This document shows positions 38,446 through 47,515 of a stretch of DNA of 64,000 nt, in pieces (within the stretch, counting starts at the first letter, position 1; each line of letters opens with the position of its first letter). Position numbers and translations under genes: made by a program. Location of the stretch: assembly GCA_021108075.1 (NCBI GenBank), contig JAIORP010000150.1, forward strand, positions 3,396 to 67,395, written 5' to 3'. The notes beneath the pieces are model-generated. The model saw only the letters and a list, made by a program, of their open reading frames with translations, was not told where the DNA came from and did not search any database. The DNA comes from Candidatus Omnitrophota bacterium. Its GTDB lineage: Bacteria; Omnitrophota; Gorgyraeia; Zapsychrales; Zapsychraceae.

Positions 38446-38528
38446 TACCAAATCCATTAATGAATTGCTTTATCTTAATTCTGAAAAGCAGAATTGGTTT
38501 TGGTCATTATTTGATGGAATTGGTATTA
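38446..38528. repeat. MITE family A copy, complete, 83 bp
   Basis: ATACCAAATCCATTAATGAATTG ... central hairpin CAATTCTGAAAAGCAGAATTG ... CATTATTTGATGGAATTGGTATTAT. Confidence 0.6.
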
Positions 38529-38869
38529 TTAGCCTGTTCGTTGATCACCGATATAAATGAGCTGTCAGAGCCCCGTAAAGGAACGAACGGACCTCGCTAC
38601 AATAAACTCTTCTCCCACTTTTTTTCGGGGCTGGGATAAAATGCTTTCTCCCCAATATTATAGATGAAGGAACCTACTACTTCGACTACATTGAAATTAC
38701 CTTTTGATAATTTCAATTTCGCTCAGCATTTATACTGAGCCATTAAAATTGCAACCCGCAATTTTAATGTTGTCGAAGTACTACAACCATCGGGGTATTT
38801 ATGTGAAGAATGAGGTGCGCAAATATTTATGGCTCAAGCCTTTGCGTCTCTGCAGGAAAACAAATGCTA

Positions 38870-40333
38870 TCAGATATATTTGAATTTGCGTTCGTAATCC
38901 AATTCCATTCCATATGGAAAGTCTTGATAGTGGAAGATTTTAATCGGGATGTCCATTTCAATGTAACGTAATAAGGCATGCGCGATTTTTATTTTAAATT
39001 CCCAGGTTAACTTGATATTCTTTTTTAATTGAATTTCAATGAGAGGTTTATCCCGCTTTTGACTGAGGCGGAAATTACCTGTTGTGCTTATGGCCACCTC
39101 AAAGTCTGTAAAAAGACCTTCAGATATTTGCTGGGGGTAAATCCTTTTGCCGTTGAAGAGCAAATAATCATCTTTACCGTACATGATGACCAGCGGGGAT
39201 TTAAATGGAGGCAGGAGATGATTTCTATCAAAATCTTTAAGGATTTTGTTTAGTTCTGAATAAGGGATGATGTGGCCTTTATCTTTGGTGTTGTAGCGGA
39301 TCAAGGGGAGTCGTAAGGCTGAGGTTAAGCTCGTGATAATGATGTCTTGATTTTTTTCTTCCAGGAAGAATGCTTGGGGGAAATAATTAAAGAACATGGG
39401 GATGTACGGATACCGGTCATAAAGCAGGTGTTCTTTTAAGGACGGGTTTTGTAGCGTGAGCTGCCTGAGCCGAACGGTCTCCGGGCTTTCAAAAAACAGA
39501 TTTAATCCGAACTCTGAAATGCCCATAGACGAAAAGATCGAGCCATTATGTCGGTTGTGTTGATTGATTTCAAGGATGTTTGTTAGATGCGTACGGAGTT
39601 TTTCCGGTAAGTACGCGCCACCTACGATAATATGGATTTTGAGTTTGCCCAATGGGATGTTTTTTTTAAGGGCCGCTTCAAGTGCGTTTTTGATGAAATA
39701 GTTGTCACCGATAATAATAATTTGTGAGAATTTTGACGCCAGTGTTTGCAATATGTATAGCAAGGAATCAATGCGGGGCCCGGTCTCGACAACAGCCGCT
39801 GTATCGATCATCGGGAGTTTGACCGATTGTGATAGACAGTTGATGATCAGTGAGGATTCATCAAGAATGTTAAAATAATAATCAAGGATAACTTCAATGA
39901 ATTGATTGTTTTTTTTGATTTCTTTTGGGGTGCTGATCCCAAAAGAAAACGTTCCTGTCGATCCAGATGAGAGCAAGATGGATTGAATATGATTTTGATT
40001 GGCTTTTAAAAAGATGTTTTCATTGACGCTTTCTTCGGAATGGAAGATAGAGTGTTTATCAATGACCGGCACTGAAGATTTGAACGCGGCAATATCATCA
40101 ATGTTCTTACCTGAAACATTTTTGGATTGTAAATAATTTTGATAAAGTTCAACATTCTCCGCGGCACGTTTAAATACTTTTAAGGCTTTTTGTTGGGATC
40201 TCGCGATCACCTCATAGGGGGCCATATCCTGGCAACTATGGATCACGTAATTGTATTTTGATTTTTTTATCTTATTTTTTAATGAAAGCATGATCCCTCC
40301 ATTCGCTATACCTTTTTGTTCATATGATACCAC
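38870..40333 (-). CDS. Adenylate-forming enzyme of the phenylacetate-CoA ligase (PaaK/CapK/F390-synthetase) family
   Basis: AMP-binding P-loop LSSGSTGTFSFG and a PaaK-like length of 487 aa. Such genes are common in capsule/EPS loci. Confidence 0.55.
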   Translation of the reverse strand: MVSYEQKGIANGGIMLSLKNKIKKSKYNYVIHSCQDMAPYEVIARSQQKALKVFKRAAENVELYQNYLQSKNVSGKNIDDIAAFKSSVPVIDKHSIFHSEESVNENIFLKANQNHIQSILLSSGSTGTFSFGISTPKEIKKNNQFIEVILDYYFNILDESSLIINCLSQSVKLPMIDTAAVVETGPRIDSLLYILQTLASKFSQIIIIGDNYFIKNALEAALKKNIPLGKLKIHIIVGGAYLPEKLRTHLTNILEINQHNRHNGSIFSSMGISEFGLNLFFESPETVRLRQLTLQNPSLKEHLLYDRYPYIPMFFNYFPQAFFLEEKNQDIIITSLTSALRLPLIRYNTKDKGHIIPYSELNKILKDFDRNHLLPPFKSPLVIMYGKDDYLLFNGKRIYPQQISEGLFTDFEVAISTTGNFRLSQKRDKPLIEIQLKKNIKLTWEFKIKIAHALLRYIEMDIPIKIFHYQDFPYGMELDYERKFKYI

Positions 40334-40628
40334 GCGTCCCCTATTTATTTATAATATTATATATAAAATATAGGGACACAACAATTTTTTCTTTATGTTT
40401 TTTGCGATCGTGTTGCGAAGTGTGAGTTTGTCTGGCAGGTCTTGATGCATCATTATTATGTTATACCGATCACTAAATTAACTATAATAATAAAATTAAT
40501 ACATATAGAACTTAATAGTTTTAGGGTCATGTCCTCGAGTGAAATTCCCTATCTTCTTGATTGACAGTTATTTTGAGGTATGTTAACATATTTTCACATT
40601 TATTGTTGGTCGATGAATTTCGGGGAAT

Positions 40629-40772
40629 ATACCAATTCCATTAAATAATTGCCAAAAAATTCTCATCGGTTTTTGCGAATGCTTTTACGCAAATAGCGAG
40701 GAGAAATCAGAAGAATTATTTATTGGATTTGGTCTCGCTATTTGTTCAATTATTTAACGCAATTGGTATTAT
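40629..40772. repeat. MITE family A copy, 144 bp, full TIR pair. It ends 3 bp before the acyltransferase ATG.
   Basis: Left TIR ATACCAATTCCATTAAATAATTG at 40629-40651. Right TIR CAATTATTTAACGCAATTGGTATTAT at 40747-40772. Confidence 0.6.
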
Positions 40773-40774
40773 CT

Positions 40775-41458
40775 ATGGAAACATTCACATTTCAGAAAGT
40801 TGATTTTGACGATAAAGAGTTGATGCAGCAAATATACCAGTTGCGTTTTCGGGTGTATTGCTATGAATGTGGCTTTATTAACGAAGCGGATTATCCTGAT
40901 CAAATTGAACGTGATGAATACGACCCGCAATCCGTGCATTTTGCCGCATTGAATGAACATCAAGAAGTGATTGGAACGATGCGTCTTATTTTAAATGGCG
41001 ATCTGTTCATGCCATTGGAACATCATTGCAAAGATATCCGTATTGATCAAGGTGATGTCCCCCGCGATAAAATAGCCGAGATCTCACGCCTGGTCATCAG
41101 CAAGGACTTAAGAAGACGTAAAAAGGATGAGCTTTATTATGAGCCGCAAGTCTCAGATGAATCGGTCAAGAACAAGGAAAACCATGTTTTTTTACGACGA
41201 GCGAAGCCGATGGCCTTTGGTCTCTATCGTGAAGTTTACCGTGAAAGCTTAATGCGGGATATTATTCATTGGTATGCCTTAATGGAAAAAAGTTTGTGGC
41301 TACTGCTGCATATTCATGGCTTTACGTTTGACGCTGTTGGCGCAGAAGTCGATGTGTATGGTCCTGTTAAGCCTTACTTGGGGCGTGTTGATAAAATAAA
41401 AGAAGAGGTTAAGAAGAAGTTTCCAGGATTTTTTGACTACTTTGCTGAAGGTGCGTAG
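40775..41458 (+). CDS. PEP-CTERM/exosortase-system-associated N-acyltransferase (FeeM/autoinducer-synthase-like GNAT; N-acyl amino acid synthase family)
   Basis: METFTFQKVDFDD...LRFRVYCYECGFINE...GTMRLILNG...EISRLVISKD is the hallmark layout of the exosortase-associated acyltransferase family. I chose the ATG at 40775; the track's TTG start at 40742 lies inside the MITE. Confidence 0.65.
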   Translation: METFTFQKVDFDDKELMQQIYQLRFRVYCYECGFINEADYPDQIERDEYDPQSVHFAALNEHQEVIGTMRLILNGDLFMPLEHHCKDIRIDQGDVPRDKIAEISRLVISKDLRRRKKDELYYEPQVSDESVKNKENHVFLRRAKPMAFGLYREVYRESLMRDIIHWYALMEKSLWLLLHIHGFTFDAVGAEVDVYGPVKPYLGRVDKIKEEVKKKFPGFFDYFAEGA

Positions 41459-41508
41459 GTTTATTTTTTCGTTTTTCTCGAGGAAGAATTAAACTTGTTT
41501 GGGCAAAA

Positions 41509-44286
41509 ATGACATTCTTTAGAAGAATGCGGCCGGTTATGAAAATAGAAACGATTGTCTCCAATATTTATTCTGCCTTCACGCAAGTGGCTGGTACGTA
41601 TCCAACCACTCCAGCAATTTTGTTTAAAGACGACCATCGCTGGCAATCCATATCTTACCGGGAGCTTCATGGGCGAAGCAAAAAATTTGCGCAGTATTTA
41701 AAGAATCATTATGATATCAAGCCTGGTGATAAAGTTGGCGTCATGCTGGATAACCAATCCCAATATGCCGAGCAATTCTTTGGAACAATCGCTGCGTCCG
41801 GTGTTATTGTTGCCTTAGATGTCCAATACCCTAATCAGCAAGTCCGTGATATTTTAATGCATGCCGAGGCGAAGTTCTTAATCACTTCCTGTGACCATTA
41901 TCAGCGCGTAAGAAATGAATTGCCCCATCACCTTAAGGTGATACTTATCGATGATAAAGAGACCTGCCGTAAGGTCGCGGCTGAACCGGACAAAGACGTT
42001 TCGATGTCACATCCGGCGACGAGCACGTCATTAGCTGTTTTGTTTTATACTTCAGGGACAACGGAAGACCCGAAGGGTGTCATGTTGTCGCATGCTAATT
42101 TGCTGTCGAACATTGGGGCTATTGAAACGATAAAGATTGTCAAACACAATGATGTCGTGATTTCCATGTTGCCGCTTCATCATGCCTATGCGTTGACCAC
42201 GACGCTTTTAACTCCGCTATTGGTTGGCGCAACAGTCGCTTATCCTTCAGAAATTAATTCCGTGGAACTTCTCGCAACAATGCGGGATACACGCGCGAAT
42301 ATTTTTGTCGGAGTTCCGCAGGTTTTTTCTTTGATCTACCGCTCCGTGAATGATAAATTGGCCAAAGTTAAGGGTGCTAAAAAATTGTTGATTTCCGTAT
42401 TAGGAGGGCTGTTTTATCTTTTACGAAAATACACGGGGATTAATTTGAGCCGTTTGCTTTTTGCCGAAATGCATAAAACTTTTGGTAAAAGTTTGCGCTT
42501 CATGGTCTCCGGCGGCGCGAAGTTAGATAAGGAAGTAGGGTTAGGATTTTACCGTTGGGGATTTACTATTTTGGAAGGTTATGGTTTGACGGAAACGTCA
42601 CCCGTCGCTTCGTTTAACCTGCCGTCCAAATTTAAGATCGGTTCGGTTGGAACACCTCTGCCGAATGTGCAAATTGAGATACATCATCCGAATGAAGAGG
42701 GGATCGGCGAGGTCGCGATAAAAGGTCCGAATGTCATGCAGGGTTATTATCAAGCTGAAGAAAAAACCAAAGAGGTTATTCGGGACGGTTGGTTTTTTAG
42801 CGGAGATTTAGGCTATATTGACCAGGACGGATATGTTTTCTTAACCGGGCGGAAAAAGGAGATGATTGTATTAAGTTCAGGTAAAAATATTTATCCTGAA
42901 GAAGTGGAACACGCGTATATGAAGAGTCCGTATATTAAAGAGGTGGGCGTGCTGCAGGTCAAAGGCTCTGGCGTACTTGAGCATGTTGATCAACTTGTCG
43001 CGCTCATTGTGCCGTATGATGATTACTTTAAAGTGAAGAACGAGGGGAATTTACGTGACCGGCTTACATATGAAATTGATACGGTTTCTGCCGGTTTGCC
43101 AAGTTATAAGGCGATTAAGGGTTTTGTTGTATCCTCTGAACCTTTGCCGCGGACGCGTTTGGGTAAGTTGATGCGATATAAATTGTTTGGGGTTTATGAT
43201 AATCTTCAAAAGAAGCAACGTCCCCGGAGGGATCCAGAATCCACATCTTTAACCGGCCGTGGTGAGACTGCGGGCGCGGAATCGGCACTGGTTCAGGCTG
43301 CTTTGCTGTATTTAGAAGAAACGCTGAATAAGAAAGTTCACATGAATGATCATTTAGAATTGGATCTGGGGCTTGATTCATTAGGGCGCATCGAGATCCT
43401 TTTGGGGTTGCAGGGTAAATTGAATCTTGAGTTGGATGATGATGCGTCCATGAATTTTTACATGTGCAATACGGTCCAGGAGTTAGCGGATAAACTACAG
43501 AAGATCGTGCCGAATGGTTCCGCTGATCATGCATCAAATGATACGGATACGATTGGCCCGCAAGAGACCTGGTCGATGATGTTAACTGAAGAAGTGCCGC
43601 AAGAGATAAGGGCGCGTATTAAGTTTGAACAGAATATTTTTTCTAAGGCTTTTGCCCTCATGCTTGTTTTGCTGATTAAGTTGACGTTTAAATTGTTTTT
43701 TAGGTTGAAAGTTGAAGGCCGCGAAAATTTATCAGATGATAAACCTTTTATCATTTGTCCGAATCATTCCAGTTATTTGGATGCGTTGATCCTGATCGCC
43801 GCATTACCGTTAAAGATATTGTTTAAAACTTATTTTTTAGGTCTGAAAGAAGTACTGGATGAGATTTTTTTGGGGTCGTTCTTCACGGTGCTGCATATCA
43901 TCCCGATTGAAAGGAATTATGGGTTAGTGAATTCTTTAAAACTTTGTGCTTATGTCGTGAAGAATCAACGGTTGTTATGTTTTTTTCCTGAGGGCGAGCG
44001 TTCAGTCGATGGGGAGGTTAAGGCCTTCAAGAAAGGGATTGGTATTTTAATGCGTGAAATGTCTTCAGCGGTTGTGCCCGCGCATATTGCCGGGGCATTT
44101 GAAGCCTGGCCGAGGTATCGTAAATGGCCTCGATTTGTTCCGATTGAAATTAGATTTGGTGAAATGATTAAGCCGGATGAGATCGAGACAGCCTCGGACG
44201 AGGGTCGAGACGCTTATGACGTTATTGCTCAGCATATCCGCCTTGCCGTCATGGCATTGGCCGATGGCGGCAAGGCGAAAGCCTAA
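41509..44286 (+). CDS. Tri-domain protein: fatty acyl-AMP/CoA ligase, acyl-carrier (phosphopantetheine) domain and PlsC-type lysophospholipid acyltransferase
   Basis: AMP-binding motifs (YTSGTTEDPKG, GYGLTETS, GDLGYIDQDGY, GRKKEMI). A carrier-protein serine motif LDLGLDSLGRIE. A C-terminal LPLAT motif ICPNHSSYLDALI (HxxxxD) and FPEGERS. Confidence 0.75.
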   Translation: MTFFRRMRPVMKIETIVSNIYSAFTQVAGTYPTTPAILFKDDHRWQSISYRELHGRSKKFAQYLKNHYDIKPGDKVGVMLDNQSQYAEQFFGTIAASGVIVALDVQYPNQQVRDILMHAEAKFLITSCDHYQRVRNELPHHLKVILIDDKETCRKVAAEPDKDVSMSHPATSTSLAVLFYTSGTTEDPKGVMLSHANLLSNIGAIETIKIVKHNDVVISMLPLHHAYALTTTLLTPLLVGATVAYPSEINSVELLATMRDTRANIFVGVPQVFSLIYRSVNDKLAKVKGAKKLLISVLGGLFYLLRKYTGINLSRLLFAEMHKTFGKSLRFMVSGGAKLDKEVGLGFYRWGFTILEGYGLTETSPVASFNLPSKFKIGSVGTPLPNVQIEIHHPNEEGIGEVAIKGPNVMQGYYQAEEKTKEVIRDGWFFSGDLGYIDQDGYVFLTGRKKEMIVLSSGKNIYPEEVEHAYMKSPYIKEVGVLQVKGSGVLEHVDQLVALIVPYDDYFKVKNEGNLRDRLTYEIDTVSAGLPSYKAIKGFVVSSEPLPRTRLGKLMRYKLFGVYDNLQKKQRPRRDPESTSLTGRGETAGAESALVQAALLYLEETLNKKVHMNDHLELDLGLDSLGRIEILLGLQGKLNLELDDDASMNFYMCNTVQELADKLQKIVPNGSADHASNDTDTIGPQETWSMMLTEEVPQEIRARIKFEQNIFSKAFALMLVLLIKLTFKLFFRLKVEGRENLSDDKPFIICPNHSSYLDALILIAALPLKILFKTYFLGLKEVLDEIFLGSFFTVLHIIPIERNYGLVNSLKLCAYVVKNQRLLCFFPEGERSVDGEVKAFKKGIGILMREMSSAVVPAHIAGAFEAWPRYRKWPRFVPIEIRFGEMIKPDEIETASDEGRDAYDVIAQHIRLAVMALADGGKAKA

Positions 44287-44321
44287 TCCTTGATTGTATG
44301 AAAGAAAATCAAGGATTAGGG
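44284..44321 (+). terminator. Strong hairpin after the ligase gene, with no T-run (possible terminator or RNA processing site)
   Basis: 12-bp stem TAATCCTTGATT/AATCAAGGATTA. Confidence 0.35.
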
Positions 44322-44361
44322 GCAATCTGTTCTAAATTATTGAAAATAGTAGTTTTAACTC

Positions 44362-44393
44362 GTTGACACCATTTTGCATGTGTGTTAATATAC
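44362..44393 (+). promoter_or_regulatory. Sigma-70-type promoter for the 44441 gene
   Basis: TTGACA-N17-TAATAT. Confidence 0.4.
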
Positions 44394-44440
44394 AAATTAT
44401 TATTATTATTATTTAAATATATACTAAATAGGTAGGTTGC

Positions 44441-45319
44441 ATGAAGAAAAAAAAGTCATCCAATAAGCGTTTAATCCCTGTTTTACGTACAGCTTTGTTC
44501 TCCGTGTTTTCGCATAAAGAAATTTTCTGTCCCTTCCTGATTGTTGCCCTCGTTCAAGTTTTGTTCATCAGTGTTCTTTGTTTCTTGCCGCGGTATCCCC
44601 TGGTTAATTTCTTTGGTCCCATGATAGAGAAATTGCATGGTGACTTGTATTCGCATTATCCTTATTATTTAGAAGTTATGCCTAAGATTTTTCAAAAAAT
44701 TCAATATGGTGTTTTTATTCTTCTGAGCAGTTTAATGATCGGGTTTGCGATTAAAAATATTGCGGACTTAAATCAAGATATTGAAGTGAACCCGGGTAAA
44801 AATTTTCTTTATGCCCTTTCCCGATATGTTCATTTGCTGATGGGAAGTGTTATCCTTTTTACGATTTTCTTTTATGGCATGAGGCCCTTAGTTGGTATTC
44901 TTGTTGCCCGCGCGACAGAAATCCGGTCAACCTCGGGTCTATTTTACTATCTGAAAATGATTGTCCTCAGAGGGGCTTCGTTCTACATGTTGTTTCTGGG
45001 TGTTGTGACCACATCTGTTTTCGGCTTTTTGTATCCTTTGATTATTCTTGAAAAAAAGAATGTCTTTGTTGCTTTTTTTATAAACTTAAAGCGTATGTGG
45101 GGATCCTACTGGTTCGTTTTTTTTGTTGTTTTAACACCGTCCATTCTTTATGTGCCCCTTCTTCTGATACGTAATAATGTGACTGAGGTTGCGACAACCA
45201 TATTGCCTGAAATTCGGATTATTATGCTGTTTGCTAGCGTTATCCTGATATTCCTTATTGATTCAATTATATATACATCAATAACAACCTATTATTTATT
45301 AAAGAAAGAAAATTTATGA
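44441..45319 (+). CDS. Hypothetical polytopic membrane protein
   Basis: 292 aa, about 7 TM helices, no recognised motif. Confidence 0.4.
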   Translation: MKKKKSSNKRLIPVLRTALFSVFSHKEIFCPFLIVALVQVLFISVLCFLPRYPLVNFFGPMIEKLHGDLYSHYPYYLEVMPKIFQKIQYGVFILLSSLMIGFAIKNIADLNQDIEVNPGKNFLYALSRYVHLLMGSVILFTIFFYGMRPLVGILVARATEIRSTSGLFYYLKMIVLRGASFYMLFLGVVTTSVFGFLYPLIILEKKNVFVAFFINLKRMWGSYWFVFFVVLTPSILYVPLLLIRNNVTEVATTILPEIRIIMLFASVILIFLIDSIIYTSITTYYLLKKENL

Positions 45320-46218
45320 AAAAGACTATTTTATTTCTTATTATTTTGATTATCGGTGTGTATGTTTCTTTGAGTTTTTTGGCGAAAAATGATGATTATG
45401 CCATCGAAAAAATACTGTGGGGGCTGAATAATGAAATCATTGACCTCGCCAAAGACCCTAAAGCTGTGCCGCCGGATCAATTTGACAGTGTGATCGAACG
45501 TTGCCGGAAAGTCATTGCTGAATATCCCGATTCAAAGATTATTTTGAAGCCATATCTTGATGTGGCACGCCTATACACGCTTAAGGAGGATTATGCGACA
45601 TCCCGCATTGAGTATGCCAGAGCGATTGATAATTTTGAGGAGAATCACGAAGTTGTCGCCGGCATTATGTCATCAATTGGCAGGACTTATGAAATGGAAG
45701 AGAATTGGAAATCTGCCAATGAGGTCTATCAAAGAATAATAAAAGATTATTCCGGTACGCGTGTAGGTTTGAATATGCCACTTTATATTGCGTATCATTA
45801 TCGTCAATTAAACGATTACACCCATACTGTCGAGTCATTTCAAGCTGCCATCAACCATTATCGTTCATTAATAAATAAACATCCTGATACCCTTCTGGCG
45901 TTTAGATCTTACAACAATTTAGCCAGGACGTACCTTGATCAGATGCGTTGGGAAGATGGTTTAAAGGTCTATGGGGAGATATTAACTGTGTATGCCGTAC
46001 CTAAAAAGATACCAGCACAGCGTGCCCAAAATATTATAAAAACGATGAATACCATTTCAGCTGCTAAATTAAAAAATTTTAATATCGTGACTGAAATTTT
46101 TAATCAAATTATGATTGAAAATCCTGATCATGAAATGACAAAATATTTGAATATCCTTGTTCAATCCTTGGGTGAACTAGAAAAAAAAGCTGCTGAGGCT
46201 GCAAGTAAAAAGAAATGA
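45316..46218 (+). CDS. Signal-anchored TPR-like helical-repeat protein, function unknown
   Basis: N-terminal TM helix, then repeated roughly 34-aa Tyr/Ala-rich helical units. It overlaps its neighbours by 4 bp and so is co-transcribed with the kinase. Confidence 0.4.
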   Translation: MKKTILFLIILIIGVYVSLSFLAKNDDYAIEKILWGLNNEIIDLAKDPKAVPPDQFDSVIERCRKVIAEYPDSKIILKPYLDVARLYTLKEDYATSRIEYARAIDNFEENHEVVAGIMSSIGRTYEMEENWKSANEVYQRIIKDYSGTRVGLNMPLYIAYHYRQLNDYTHTVESFQAAINHYRSLINKHPDTLLAFRSYNNLARTYLDQMRWEDGLKVYGEILTVYAVPKKIPAQRAQNIIKTMNTISAAKLKNFNIVTEIFNQIMIENPDHEMTKYLNILVQSLGELEKKAAEAASKKK

Positions 46219-47510
46219 ATTCTTCAGATGATAACACAATATTTCAAGGGATTACCCAAATCTCTCTTTTTAGCCAGATTAGCGACATTTGTGCTGCCGT
46301 TAATGTTGTCACTTCAGAAGAAGAGCTTCTTCAGGTATCTTTACACAAAACAGTGGAACTGTTTCAAGCCACCCGTGGTTCAATTTTTATCTTAAATGAA
46401 GCGAGCAATAACCTTGTCCTTAAAGTCGCTGAAGGAATGGAACGAGAAGAAGAAGAACAGATGGTTAAAAAGATGGGGGAAGGTATCGTCGGTGTCGTTG
46501 CCCTGTCCAAGAAACCCATTTTTGTGACCGACATCGCAAAAGATGAACGATTTGAAAATTTTAAATCAAGAAGCAGTTATACGACACCTTCATTTATTTG
46601 TTCGCCCTTAATGGTGAAAGATTCGTTAATCGGGGTGATTAATATTGCTGACAAGGAAGGGGGACAACTATTCAAGAAACATGAAATGATGTTGCTTGAT
46701 TTTTTGTCTAGTCAGATCGCCCTTAATTTTAGACGGACAATTCTTTATCAAGACTTTAATAAAGTATTGCAAGAGACTATAAACTTAAAAGATAAGCTTG
46801 GTCAAAGCGACCAGGAAGCAGAACATTTAAAGAAACAGATATCCATTCAGGAAAAGTTTGCCTCTATTGGTAAACTAGCCGGTGGAATAGCGCATGAATT
46901 CAATAATCCATTGGATGGAGTGATGCGCTACACAAACTTATGTTTAGATCACATCAAAGATGATGAAGTCGTTCGTGGGTATTTATTAGAAATTAAACAT
47001 GGATTAAACCGGATGGCAAACATTGTCAAGAATCTTCTGGCCTGTTCCCGCAACGTTGCTGTTCAGAGTGAGAAAATAGATTTTAATCTAGCATTAGAAA
47101 GATCGCTCAGCAGCATTGATCCTGAATGCATGAAAAATAATATTTCGGTCGTAAAAGAAATTCAGGAAAATATGCTCTCCATCAAGAATTTCGGGCTAGA
47201 ACGAATCATTATCAACCTTATTCGCAACGCGATTGATGCGATGAAATCAGGGGGGAAAATTATTATTTCAGCATGGCAAAATCAAAACACGTTAAAATTT
47301 TCTGTCTCGGATCAGGGCTCGGGCATCGCGTATGACAATATTGATAAAATATTTGATCCGTTTTTTACAACCAAAGACATTGATAAGGGTTGCGGGTTAG
47401 GGTTGACGGTCGTCGGTGAGATCGTTAAGGCATACGATGGCAAGATCGATGTCGAAAGTCAACCTGAAAAAGGAACGACATTTACTATTACCTTGCCTTA
47501 TAAGGATTAA
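46215..47510 (+). CDS. Cytoplasmic GAF-domain sensor histidine kinase (PrsK-like partner of the sigma-54 regulator)
   Basis: GAF domain, then the H-box HEFNNPL, then the HATPase_c N/G boxes (NLIRNAIDAM, DQGSGI, GLGL). Confidence 0.75.
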   Translation: MNSSDDNTIFQGITQISLFSQISDICAAVNVVTSEEELLQVSLHKTVELFQATRGSIFILNEASNNLVLKVAEGMEREEEEQMVKKMGEGIVGVVALSKKPIFVTDIAKDERFENFKSRSSYTTPSFICSPLMVKDSLIGVINIADKEGGQLFKKHEMMLLDFLSSQIALNFRRTILYQDFNKVLQETINLKDKLGQSDQEAEHLKKQISIQEKFASIGKLAGGIAHEFNNPLDGVMRYTNLCLDHIKDDEVVRGYLLEIKHGLNRMANIVKNLLACSRNVAVQSEKIDFNLALERSLSSIDPECMKNNISVVKEIQENMLSIKNFGLERIIINLIRNAIDAMKSGGKIIISAWQNQNTLKFSVSDQGSGIAYDNIDKIFDPFFTTKDIDKGCGLGLTVVGEIVKAYDGKIDVESQPEKGTTFTITLPYKD

Positions 47511-47515
47511 CAGCT

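Noticed and set aside
40418-40440. Candidate sigma-54 promoter TGGCAGGTCTTGATGCA upstream of the PaaK-like gene region
   Set aside because: It is on the wrong strand for the minus-strand PaaK-like gene. The GG-to-GC spacing is 11 nt and the -12 element is off consensus.
43115-43754. Minus-strand ORFs of 140 and 75 aa inside the acyl-ligase gene
   Set aside because: They are antisense to a well-supported multidomain CDS and have no motifs.
44362-44393. Candidate sigma-54 promoter (TGACAC...TTTGCA)
   Set aside because: The GG-to-GC spacing is 9 nt, not 10, and the -24 GG is replaced by GA. The same bases make a good sigma-70 TTGACA-N17-TAATAT promoter instead.
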